Shown here piece after piece: positions 26,423 through 35,040 of a stretch of 42,278 bases of DNA. The stretch's first letter is position 1. Each line of letters starts with the position of its first letter. This stretch comes from a virus (lineage: Duplodnaviria; Caudoviricetes): positions 1-42,278 of the IMG/VR virus record IMGVR_UViG_3300034521_000048. One strand, 5' to 3'. The notes beneath the pieces were generated by a model that was given only the letters and a program-made list of their open reading frames with translations, searched no databases and was not told the origin of the DNA. The position numbers and the translations under genes were made by a program.

Positions 26423-26938
26423 TTAATCAAGTCGTTCGTCAGTACATTTAAACAGTACTCGAGATTTAATCAGTGCGTCCACGCCAGCAAAGGCATTATC
26501 TTCTTCTGGGTACGGAACAGACAGGGTATCTTGCTTATCGATGGTAACCATCAATATCCCCGCTTCTTTCCAAATGTAAACTTCCACATACACGTATTGA
26601 TCATTACTTGCTGGAGAGTCTTCAACTGCTGTGCTGATCAAAAATTGAAGACCATAATTATCATCAAGAGGCATGACAGATAATGGTCGAGACTCATAAT
26701 TCTGCTTACTATTTATTACACCGCAAGTTACATACGCCCGCTGGGAACCATCAGCTTTGACATAGTGATTGTCAGGAAGCTTTAAAGACTCTTTATAACT
26801 TCTTACTATTTTATACCCGTACTCATGCAACTCAGTTTTGCGTTTGAGATATTTTTGCTCAAGCGCCTCTCTACTGGCTCTAATGTCATCGTAAGTAATG
26901 TCCATCCCTTTCTCCAAAAGGTCATCTGAAACGAACAT
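26423..26938 (-). CDS. Hypothetical protein between Q and holin (moron)
   Basis: 171 aa, AT-rich, AGGAG RBS. Confidence 0.75.
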   Translation of the reverse strand: MFVSDDLLEKGMDITYDDIRASREALEQKYLKRKTELHEYGYKIVRSYKESLKLPDNHYVKADGSQRAYVTCGVINSKQNYESRPLSVMPLDDNYGLQFLISTAVEDSPASNDQYVYVEVYIWKEAGILMVTIDKQDTLSVPYPEEDNAFAGVDALIKSRVLFKCTDERLD

Positions 26939-26997
26939 TCTTGACTCCTTTTCTCACCAACGCGTTGACGTTAAACAATTAAAACCTCCAGAAACGC

Positions 26998-27024
26998 AAA
27001 AGCCCAAGGCGTTAACCTCAGGCT
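26998..27024 (-). terminator. tR'-like terminator of the late leader
   Basis: AGCCTGAGG-TTAACG-CCTTGGGCT-TTT about 70 bp after the Q stop. Confidence 0.65.
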
Positions 27025-27093
27025 CGAAAACTAATTTACTGCCAGTGCATACAACAATGGCACAATATCAGATTTACACGAAATGTAAGCTAT

Positions 27094-27783
27094 TTAATTG
27101 ACTTTTGCAATACCCTGCTGCGAATAAGTCGCCTTTTGTTGTGATCGTGTTCTCACAGTGCAAAGCAGAGATTCGCTATCTAGCCCCTTAAAGATGCTGC
27201 ACATAACTCGCCAGTAGTCCGCGTAATTGTGGCTCCAGTTGTCCGGTTTGACACCACATATAGCGGCTAAGTCCTGTTGCTGATAAACATCACGACCAGC
27301 CAGTTCCGCATTCACATCCTGCGCCGCCAGCCATATCAATTGACGCAACCTGTCGATAGTCTTCTTTGCCACCCTCTTCCCGGCCAGTTGCTGGCTGAAC
27401 TGTTGCCACCCCCATTGAGTGATTTCCACCTGATAGCACCAACGCACGTTTTCGCTATAGTTCCATAGCAGCCAGGCCTTCTGGTGTTCTTCGAGTGACA
27501 TCAGTGCGCGACGCCATGATGCAGTGGAGTATTCCACCGGCTGAACCAGCGGAATATGCGAACCCTTGGCATGCGACTGCTTGCCGGGGATTGGCGGGTT
27601 ATCCAACGTAATCATTTTCCCGGTTACCTCATCCATTACGCGAGGCTTCTTCCTCTTAAAGGTGCCAGTATCGAACTGCGCATTCTCCAGCCAGGCCATT
27701 AACTGCCCTTTCGTCGCACCACTTAAATCAGCGGTGGCCACCATCAGCTGCTGGCGCACGTATTCGAGAAATTGAGTGTTCAT
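27094..27783 (-). CDS. Q: Late antiterminator Q (phage 82-type)
   Basis: 229 aa; YVRQQL..ATADLSGATKGQL, STASWRRA and LIWLAAQD. Confidence 0.9.
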   Translation of the reverse strand: MNTQFLEYVRQQLMVATADLSGATKGQLMAWLENAQFDTGTFKRKKPRVMDEVTGKMITLDNPPIPGKQSHAKGSHIPLVQPVEYSTASWRRALMSLEEHQKAWLLWNYSENVRWCYQVEITQWGWQQFSQQLAGKRVAKKTIDRLRQLIWLAAQDVNAELAGRDVYQQQDLAAICGVKPDNWSHNYADYWRVMCSIFKGLDSESLLCTVRTRSQQKATYSQQGIAKVN

Positions 27784-27917
27784 ACAGCACCACCTATGGT
27801 TTTGATGTAGTTCTTCAGTATTCTGTAGTCCGTCAGCACAGAGCCGGGAAAATGGTATAAGCGCAATCTTTGCCAGCGAACGCGGAGGTGATCGGCAAAA
27901 TAGGATTCGAATGTCAT
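27780..27917 (-). CDS. YlcG-family small protein
   Basis: MTFESYFADHLRVRWQRLRLYHFPGSVLTDYRILKNYIKTIGGAV; ATGA overlaps on both sides. Confidence 0.75.
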   Translation of the reverse strand: MTFESYFADHLRVRWQRLRLYHFPGSVLTDYRILKNYIKTIGGAV

Positions 27918-28522
27918 GCGGCCTCTCTGCTCTTTATTAATCCACGGCGAAGCGCGCTGTAATGCTTTCTTATGGCTTCGAGTTCTTCGATGGTGTATCG
28001 GTGCGGGGTGTTATTGTTTTCGAGTGCCTCGACGCGCTCAGGCCCAATTTTCTCGATAAGGCCAAGGCGGTACTGCTGCTGATTGCCCGACAACTGCACG
28101 TTACAGTGATGGCACTGTTTACTGATATTGTCTTCGTGATAGCGGAGATGTGATGCCTTACCGCGTGAGCGGTAGTGACCTGCTTCCCACTGGACGGTTT
28201 CGAACGTCCCACAGCTGATGCATGGCAGATTGGCATCACGCTCGCGGATGTAGTCATTGACGACGCGCTGGGTTAAATCCTCCCAGTGCTTCAGCGGCTT
28301 AACTGCAGCTTTACGCTGGCGCCAGGCGGCCCGCTCTTTCTTCTCAGTAGCGCGCTGTTTGGCTGACTCTTTGCGCTGAGCATCTTCACGGGCTTTTCTG
28401 GTCTGCTCTTTCCCGACGGCGCTGGCGCACTCATAACCGCAGACGGTTTGCGTATCACGCGCCGGATGGAACCACTGGCGGCATTCTTTGTTGGCGCACT
28501 TACGGCGCGGTAACTTAGCCAT
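27914..28522 (-). CDS. ninG: Recombination endonuclease NinG/Rap
   Basis: YIRERD..PCISCG, WEAGHYRSRG and QCHHCN.QLSGN motifs. Confidence 0.92.
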   Translation of the reverse strand: MAKLPRRKCANKECRQWFHPARDTQTVCGYECASAVGKEQTRKAREDAQRKESAKQRATEKKERAAWRQRKAAVKPLKHWEDLTQRVVNDYIRERDANLPCISCGTFETVQWEAGHYRSRGKASHLRYHEDNISKQCHHCNVQLSGNQQQYRLGLIEKIGPERVEALENNNTPHRYTIEELEAIRKHYSALRRGLIKSREAA

Positions 28523-28524
28523 GC

Positions 28525-28734
28525 TTACCCCCACGCCCTGTTTTGCCAGACCTTACTCGGGCGAGGTGCTTTCTCTCTTTCCGGCAACTGCACGCTGACG
28601 GTCCAGGTGATGTTGTCCCGATCAAGGCTGCGTTCTACCGTGGCGCCACGACGGCGGTAACTGGCCACCAGCTCGTCGGCCTGCTCGGTTGTGCATTCGT
28701 GATGGTGAAACCAGGAATATTTCATCGCCATCAC
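28525..28734 (-). CDS. Hypothetical nin-region protein
   Basis: 69 aa, coupled to neighbouring genes. Confidence 0.65.
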   Translation of the reverse strand: MMAMKYSWFHHHECTTEQADELVASYRRRGATVERSLDRDNITWTVSVQLPEREKAPRPSKVWQNRAWG

Positions 28735-29330
28735 CCCGCAAAGCTCATGAGCTGCGATGCGGCGTTTTCCGCTTCACGCTGGTCCTTGAATGCCCGGGAC
28801 AATACCCAGCGCCACAGAACATCGAGCGCGGCTTTGTACAGCTGCTGGAACTCGGTTTCGTCCATGTTGGCAAAGGCAATGCTGCGTGGATGTTTGCGAA
28901 GGGTACCGTCAGGTAGCTGAATAGCGTCGTAGTGGCCAGACTCGACGATCACCCATGCACGGTATGCGTCATAGGATTTGCAGATGCTAATGCTACCTGC
29001 TCGCTTATCGGCGATACGGTCCAGATACTGTTCTGCAGCATCCAAAAGAGCGGCCTCACTTCCCCCGAACGAAGCGAGGAATTTAGCGTACCCGGTCACC
29101 AATTTACGTTCGTTGGAAGATATCGCTCCTCCAGTAGGTTCCCAGTATTCAAACCCGAGATTCAGGAGCGCAAAGAAACGGCGATGGAATGCGGGATTCC
29201 TCACCTGACGAAATTCGGCTACCAGTACGGCGCCGAGTTTGATTTTTGATTGCAGAATATCGCTGGTCTCCGGCGTCGCGGGGATCAGGATTCCTGAGGA
29301 CTGCTTGATGAGTTGTAATTCGTGCGCCAT
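28731..29330 (-). CDS. DUF1367 family protein
   Basis: RNPAFHRRFFALLNLGFEYWEP and PRSIAFANMDETEF motifs. Confidence 0.88.
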   Translation of the reverse strand: MAHELQLIKQSSGILIPATPETSDILQSKIKLGAVLVAEFRQVRNPAFHRRFFALLNLGFEYWEPTGGAISSNERKLVTGYAKFLASFGGSEAALLDAAEQYLDRIADKRAGSISICKSYDAYRAWVIVESGHYDAIQLPDGTLRKHPRSIAFANMDETEFQQLYKAALDVLWRWVLSRAFKDQREAENAASQLMSFAG

Positions 29331-29364
29331 GGTTTCTCTCCGTGGCGCAGTAGGTTACGGTTGT

Positions 29365-29613
29365 TCAGACCGTTGATTTCATATTATCAGAAGGTGGGGT
29401 TACCCGGTAGCCGAGACGGTGAATAAACTGCATAAAACCATTAGGAGTAAAGACCTCTTCATCATCCAGCAAAGGCCGCATAGAAACCATGCCATTGACG
29501 CGATAAATTAGATGCCTGCCCGATGAAGGAAAGCTAAACACCACGCAGCCGTCAGACCTTCTTACAATGTCATACCAGTTGTCTTCTGACGTTTGCAAAG
29601 CTGAATCACTCAC
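29365..29613 (-). CDS. Small protein, candidate Gifsy-type antirepressor (GfoA-like)
   Basis: 82 aa directly downstream of LexA-boxed dinI, the slot antirepressors occupy in Gifsy prophages. Confidence 0.55.
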   Translation of the reverse strand: MSDSALQTSEDNWYDIVRRSDGCVVFSFPSSGRHLIYRVNGMVSMRPLLDDEEVFTPNGFMQFIHRLGYRVTPPSDNMKSTV

Positions 29614-29730
29614 ATTTATGTTCTCCCTTCGAGCGACTAACAGACGCGATTAAAGATTGTCGGCAGCAGCATCAGAGGGTTACGCAAATTGCGGTATTCT
29701 GAAAAATGCGCGCCAGCCTTAAGCGCAATT

Positions 29731-29964
29731 CTAATAAAACCAGTCGTCAGCGCTTTCCCAGGTATCCTGGAGGATTGATTCAATTTTCTTTTTATCGTCC
29801 TTGCCACCACCAAAAAAACTTAACCCATCGGACCCGGCACGGCGGATTGTGAGCCTGCAATTGTCATAGTGATCATTCAGGCGCTTAAGCAGTTCTTTCT
29901 CCAGTGCTGGTACTGCGCCTTTAGGAAGTTCTTTCATGCGATCAATGGTTAATTCAACTTTCAT
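29731..29964 (-). CDS. dinI: DinI family protein
   Basis: ELPKGAVPALEKELLKRL...ILQDTWESADDWFY; start at 29964 after GGAGG. Confidence 0.93.
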   Translation of the reverse strand: MKVELTIDRMKELPKGAVPALEKELLKRLNDHYDNCRLTIRRAGSDGLSFFGGGKDDKKKIESILQDTWESADDWFY

Positions 29965-29982
29965 AATGGCCTCCATTGCATG

Positions 29983-30002
29983 TACTGTGTTTTTATACAG
30001 TA
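29983..30002. promoter_or_regulatory. LexA (SOS) box
   Basis: TACTGTGTTTTTATACAGTA = CTG-N10-CAG, overlapping a minus-strand TATACT -10 element. Confidence 0.9.
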
Positions 30003-30063
30003 TACCTATGCACGGAAATGATCAACGTCTTAAGAGCACAAATTGTTAATTTTCTGTCAGTAG

Positions 30064-30092
30064 TAAAAAAAGAAAACCCGCCGTAGCGGGTT
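30064..30092 (-). terminator. Intrinsic terminator after the methyltransferase
   Basis: AACCCGC-TACG-GCGGGTT followed by TTCTTTTTTT. Confidence 0.8.
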
Positions 30093-30109
30093 GAATTAGC
30101 GATGTTTTA

Positions 30110-32152
30110 TTACGCCGCTATTTGTTTCTGCTGACAAAACTCCGGCAAATTAGCACGCACCAGCGCCTCAGCAAATGGCGGCGGAACGGCGTTACCACAT
30201 CGCGCAACCTGCTTGTCCTTAGCATACTTCTTACCCCGATAGTCCTGGTCGATGATGTACCACTCAGGGAATCCCTGAGCGCGGTATAGCTCGTGCGGTT
30301 GCAGCATACGCATGCCAATATCAACTATGCGGTAAGTTATGCCGTCAACTGTCACCAACCCGTCGCAATCCTCGCCGCAGTATTTCCGCAGAAACTCAAG
30401 CGTCTGCTGCGCGCGATGTTCGTCGTATTCATAGACAGCAAGAGTGGTTTTTACCTCCCCTACGTGCAGCCCGCCCGCCGTCACCGTTGGCATTGGCTCG
30501 CTGGTTGGCTGCCCATCGAGGCATGTTCCACGCAGTTTCACCAGATGAGAGGCAACTACTGCATGATGGTCGACGGTGGTCACTGAGTGCGCGGGTTCAT
30601 CCATACTGACACCCGGCCCCGTATAGTTACCGCCGTAGTGTTTAGCCAGGAACGCGCTCACCGTCGCGAATTTATTTCCACCTGCAGTAACGGTCCCCAG
30701 CGGGTTATCCAGCCGCAGCACACGCGGTTCTTGTCTAGGTCGTTCGCCATAACCCATCTGGATCAACGTGGGTGTTACAAGTTGAGATTTGCCGCCACCG
30801 CCAGCGGTGATGGTTGCGCTCGGTTCATCTGCCCGGTGTCCGACGCTGGCACCAAACTGGCGGGCTATCACTGGCGCAACAAGGCAGGCGCGGGATTGCT
30901 TCAGAATGGTGTGAGCAGGTTTATCCAGCGGGCGCGGTTTAGCCTGGTATTCACTTCCACCATTACCTGCCAGAAACGGTGTCAATGCAGCCTCTACAAT
31001 CCCCAGAGCATGCCCATTCCCGCCCGGGCGTTTTGATGTACCAGCAGTTACCGTCGGTACCGGTTCGGTAACGGGCTGCCCGGTTGCGCCGGTACGGAAC
31101 TTTGTCAGGTGTGGAACGGCTAACGCGTAGCCATGGGTTTTGGTAATGGTCTGCAATGGCTCACTCAGTGCCTGCCCACGGAAACAGTCGTATTTCCCTT
31201 TGGTCGTAGTGTGGTTGCATTTCACGATGAACGGCGATGCACTGTCGATAACAAAGCGCTGTATACCGCGCGCGATGCGCTTCAGGGTATTTTCTGCCAG
31301 CGGTTTTTTGCGGTCGAAAATCGACGGTGCCGGAATTGTCCAGTCGATACACTCCGCAGCTGTACGCCATGGTGCCAGCCTGCCAGCCTGAACCGCAGGT
31401 GATTTCGGATCCCCATGCGTTGGTTCCGGCCACACAATCGGCTTCCCATCACGGCGCATGACCATGAAGAAACGTTTTCTGATTGTCGGTGCGCCATAGT
31501 CGCAGGCGCGCAGTTCGCGATACTCCACGACATAGCCCAGACCTTTAACCAGCCGTGCGGCATCCTCGCTATCAAGCGAAATATTCAGAAACTCACAACA
31601 TTCAGCCAGCGCCGGATGTGATGCAGAAATACCTGTCGTCAGCATTGCGACAAAGGCGTTAAAGGTCTCACCGATACGCGCCGGGTCAGGACGCTGTTCG
31701 ACTGGTTCAGGTGGTCCGATAAATTCATCAAGGAAGCGATCCGCGTGACTGATGAATGGCATTTCGCGTAATAATGGCCCCCACGTTTTAAACTCTTCGA
31801 CGTTCTCCAGTTTCATTACCCGCGGCTCAACATCCAGCCCCCAGCGTAATACTACCCAGGCCAGTCCGCGGATCGCTTTCTCAACAGGTTTAGCGCCTTT
31901 TGCTTTAGAAAAGTGGCGGCAATCAGGAGAAAACCACGCCAGCGCCACCGGACGACCCGCGGTAGCTACCTTTGGGCGAACCTCATACACAGACTCGCAG
32001 TAGTGCAATGTATCAGGGTGGTTCGTTGTGTGCATCGCCACGGCGTTCTCGTCGTGGTTGATAGCAATATCAACGCTGCGACCGATTGCCAGCTCAATTC
32101 CCGTACTCGCCCCGCCGCCGCCGGCAAAGTTATCAACGATGATTTCTCTCAC
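30110..32152 (-). CDS. Orphan C5 DNA cytosine methyltransferase (large)
   Basis: Motifs I (DNFAGGGG), IV (SPDC), VI (ENV), VIII (RKRFF), IX/X (RAQGFP, GNAVPP); GTG start at 32152. Confidence 0.93.
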   Translation of the reverse strand: MREIIVDNFAGGGGASTGIELAIGRSVDIAINHDENAVAMHTTNHPDTLHYCESVYEVRPKVATAGRPVALAWFSPDCRHFSKAKGAKPVEKAIRGLAWVVLRWGLDVEPRVMKLENVEEFKTWGPLLREMPFISHADRFLDEFIGPPEPVEQRPDPARIGETFNAFVAMLTTGISASHPALAECCEFLNISLDSEDAARLVKGLGYVVEYRELRACDYGAPTIRKRFFMVMRRDGKPIVWPEPTHGDPKSPAVQAGRLAPWRTAAECIDWTIPAPSIFDRKKPLAENTLKRIARGIQRFVIDSASPFIVKCNHTTTKGKYDCFRGQALSEPLQTITKTHGYALAVPHLTKFRTGATGQPVTEPVPTVTAGTSKRPGGNGHALGIVEAALTPFLAGNGGSEYQAKPRPLDKPAHTILKQSRACLVAPVIARQFGASVGHRADEPSATITAGGGGKSQLVTPTLIQMGYGERPRQEPRVLRLDNPLGTVTAGGNKFATVSAFLAKHYGGNYTGPGVSMDEPAHSVTTVDHHAVVASHLVKLRGTCLDGQPTSEPMPTVTAGGLHVGEVKTTLAVYEYDEHRAQQTLEFLRKYCGEDCDGLVTVDGITYRIVDIGMRMLQPHELYRAQGFPEWYIIDQDYRGKKYAKDKQVARCGNAVPPPFAEALVRANLPEFCQQKQIAA

Positions 32153-32409
32153 GCGTATTTCTCCATAGCGATGGCCAGTGACCGGGCCGCAGCGATTATT
32201 GACGGTACCGGCATTTGTTCCAGCCACATGCGGTTGATGTGATGCTTCAGGCGGCGCTGGTGATGTGCCGGAAGATCCCCGGCACTTTCAATCTGGCTAT
32301 ATACCATTCCTACTTCGGCAGGCCAGACAGTTTCCTCAACATTCACCAGCAGCAGGTTTTCCAGCTCAATTATCCGGTTCGTGGCATATTGCAGTAGCTG
32401 ATCCATCAC
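32149..32409 (-). CDS. Hypothetical protein
   Basis: Coupled by GTGA overlaps on both sides. Confidence 0.65.
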   Translation of the reverse strand: MMDQLLQYATNRIIELENLLLVNVEETVWPAEVGMVYSQIESAGDLPAHHQRRLKHHINRMWLEQMPVPSIIAAARSLAIAMEKYA

Positions 32410-32633
32410 TTCGTCTCCCGCCATGCCCGCTTATTACATCTCGGGAAGCGTTCTAGCCTCCATATCCAAATCATCCACAACATCTTATTAAATTCAGGTA
32501 GTGCCCGATAATCATCAGCACTCATTTCGAGGGCCTTGAATCGCCACTTTGCCACCTTGACCACCCGCCACAGCATCACCATACAAAACAGAGTGCAAAC
32601 AACAAGGAAACCGAAAAAAAGATAAGTACTCAC
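32406..32633 (-). CDS. Small membrane-anchored hypothetical protein
   Basis: N-terminal hydrophobic helix. Confidence 0.6.
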   Translation of the reverse strand: MSTYLFFGFLVVCTLFCMVMLWRVVKVAKWRFKALEMSADDYRALPEFNKMLWMIWIWRLERFPRCNKRAWRETK

Positions 32634-32634
32634 C

Positions 32635-33483
32635 TCACTCCTCCTGCTGCGGTGCTGCTGGCAGTGGCATCCAATGGGTTACCAATATGTGCTCTATACA
32701 GCATGCGGCGGCCACATCTACTCTGTCGAAAAACAGCCCTGAATGCTCATCAAAGAACGATACAAAGCAATGCCCCATCCTGTTCCTGGTTAGAACCTCC
32801 TGCTCGTCTTCCGGCATCCGCTCGCTGCACTTAATCCAGCCATCCTGAATCACCGGAGAGTTGCCATCGGATAATGGCATATCCGGCCCCTTGCGTATCG
32901 CCTTTGACAATTCGATAGGGTCATCGTAAAGCCAGTCGCCAGTTTCCGGATGATTTGCTTTTGCCAGTTGTGCTGCCCATTCCAGCCCGTCTTTGTGCCC
33001 TTGCAGGTAGTCCAGCGGTAATTCATCGCAATTACTTGCAGGTTCGGCACCCTGAAGCATGGCGGCGCGGCAAGCGTTCCAGCCCTCCCACATCCTAACG
33101 AAATCATGGGCTAACCATGCGGAATATGCCGTTACTGCATATCCGGTACCGCAGCGGGTGACATGCTTCGGCATTTTGAATGTTCGCTCGAATGCATCTC
33201 GCGGATCTTCATCCGGCACTACCGGCGCTCTCGGCTTGCCCTGGCTATCTGACGGCGCTAACGGAGCGTTTCTCAGTACAGTGGCCAGCATTTCAATATC
33301 TACTGGTGCAGGCTCAGCACCAAATGCCGCAATAGCCCCATCAATAACCTTCACAGCATCAGCCATTGCGTAGCCGATATTACCGCCGTCGCTTTGTGCT
33401 GCTGCTTTGCTGAGTATTTCGCGTATCTGGTGCAGGCGATCGAGTGATACAGGACCGTGCGCCGGGTGGTTGTTTGTTGTCAT
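32635..33483 (-). CDS. Mosaic Eaa-like protein with C-terminal DUF551
   Basis: WIKCSERMPE...VTHWMPLPAAPQ and GWNACRAAML motifs. Confidence 0.82.
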   Translation of the reverse strand: MTTNNHPAHGPVSLDRLHQIREILSKAAAQSDGGNIGYAMADAVKVIDGAIAAFGAEPAPVDIEMLATVLRNAPLAPSDSQGKPRAPVVPDEDPRDAFERTFKMPKHVTRCGTGYAVTAYSAWLAHDFVRMWEGWNACRAAMLQGAEPASNCDELPLDYLQGHKDGLEWAAQLAKANHPETGDWLYDDPIELSKAIRKGPDMPLSDGNSPVIQDGWIKCSERMPEDEQEVLTRNRMGHCFVSFFDEHSGLFFDRVDVAAACCIEHILVTHWMPLPAAPQQEE

Positions 33484-33486
33484 GAG

Positions 33487-33962
33487 TTAGTCCTTCACAA
33501 AAATAATCCAGTGGGTTTTGTCGTTCTTCCCGGTACGTTGACCAATTGCAGGTTTTACATCTGTAAGCGCCAAAATCTGGCTAACTGGAATTTGGGTCTC
33601 GTTCCATTTGAAAATGAGAACGCCGTGTGGCCGCAATACACGGAAAGCCTCTTTGAATCCTGTTCGCAAATCAGAACGCCACTTTTTTTGTTCAGTCGCC
33701 CGTATTTTTTACCCATCCAGGCAGACTGGCCCACACGCTCCAGATGTGGTGGGTCAAACACTACAACCGGAAACGACTCATCAGCGAGCGGCAACGCGCG
33801 GAAGTCAGCAATCAGGTCGGGACTGATAACCAGGCGGCGACCGTCGCACAGCTCATGCTCTTCGGCGCGGATATCAGTGAACACGGCGCGGGTGTCCTGC
33901 TTGTTGAACCAGAACATGCGGGAGCCGCAGCACATATCAAGAATCGTCGTGTTGTCGGTCAT
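33487..33962 (-). pseudogene. Class I SAM-dependent methyltransferase, frameshifted
   Basis: ILDMCCGSRMFW and VVFDPPH in one frame; WRSDLRTGFKEAFRVLRPHGVLIFKWNE in another. The break lies at the A7 run, 33683-33689. Confidence 0.85.
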
Positions 33963-34270
33963 ACTGATGTTCTCCCGTAAAACGCCAGAACCCGCTTCAT
34001 CGTCGGACTCGTGGAGCAAACTGAAGTTACCATGTTTCTTCTCACTTTGGATTTGATCTGCTTAATGTTCAACTCCCCGCCGGGCTGAAACAAGTAGACA
34101 GGGCGATGCGGTTCGCCGGTACGGATAACTACCGCTTTGCGTGTCAGGTGAAGCAGCAAGTTGTGTGCTTTCTTGCAGTCGCATCCCAGAAGGTTCTGAA
34201 CCTGACGCGGCGTTATGCTCTGGTTAACCCGAAGAAAATCGACAATTGCCCACAGTGATTTGCTTGCCAT
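33959..34270 (-). CDS. Hypothetical wHTH-like protein
   Basis: 103 aa after the dnaC-like gene; C-terminal MKRVLAFYG. Confidence 0.65.
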   Translation of the reverse strand: MASKSLWAIVDFLRVNQSITPRQVQNLLGCDCKKAHNLLLHLTRKAVVIRTGEPHRPVYLFQPGGELNIKQIKSKVRRNMVTSVCSTSPTMKRVLAFYGRTSV

Positions 34271-34288
34271 AGTGATTTGTCCTTGACG

Positions 34289-35038
34289 TTATTTAACGAT
34301 CCGGAGATGGCTAACGTTCTTGCGGTAGCTTCCCCAGTCAAAGTTCACCCACACCCCGCCATCCATCTGGAGACGGTCGATAACTCGCGCACCCAACGCC
34401 CCGAGAAGCTCGTCGTGGTTCAGGTTTGTCAGGATCCCTACCGGACGCATCGACGACAGGCGACGGTCGATAACCTGATTCAGAATGACTTTCTCGCCGT
34501 TGCTACCGCGCTGAATACCGACTTCATCCAGGACTAGCAGATCGACTTTGCAGAGGTCATCCAGAAGCGAAGCCTCTGACTGGCCACCGTCGTAACACTC
34601 GCGAACGCGCAGCATCAGGTCAGGGATAGTCACTACCAGTACGCTATGCCCGCCAGAAAGCAGATGATTTCCGATTGCCGCAGCGAGATGGTTTTTCCCG
34701 GTACCCGGACCACCGCTAAACACGAAACTTGCGAACCCAGCGCCGAAATTTTGTGCATAGCTCTTTGCCATCGTGAAGGCTTTGCGCTGACCTTCCCCGG
34801 AAACCTGATAATTCGCGAAAGTGCAGCTGCGGTGCAGACTTTGAATTCCTGAGCGACCGAAAATTTTCTCTGTCCGGGCTTTCTGGTTCAGCCTGTCCAG
34901 TTCTTCACACCGCTTCAGGCCTTCTTCCCTCTGCCATGCCAGCAGTTCTGCCGCGCTGGTGAACTTCGGCTGAACGCCTGGTGGAATGAGTTTTTTCAGG
35001 CGCTCAAGCGCACTTCCTGTACCAACCATGTTTTTCAT
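34289..35038 (-). CDS. DnaC-like helicase loader ATPase
   Basis: Walker A GGPGTGKN, Walker B LLVLDEVG, ILTNL and RVIDRL. Confidence 0.92.
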   Translation of the reverse strand: MKNMVGTGSALERLKKLIPPGVQPKFTSAAELLAWQREEGLKRCEELDRLNQKARTEKIFGRSGIQSLHRSCTFANYQVSGEGQRKAFTMAKSYAQNFGAGFASFVFSGGPGTGKNHLAAAIGNHLLSGGHSVLVVTIPDLMLRVRECYDGGQSEASLLDDLCKVDLLVLDEVGIQRGSNGEKVILNQVIDRRLSSMRPVGILTNLNHDELLGALGARVIDRLQMDGGVWVNFDWGSYRKNVSHLRIVK

Positions 35039-35040
35039 CG

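Noticed and set aside
26280-27090. tRNA genes after Q
   Set aside because: No cloverleaf or TTCGA T-loop in a tRNA context was seen.
30110-33962. Restriction-modification system
   Set aside because: No endonuclease gene nearby; both methyltransferases are orphans in the early operon.
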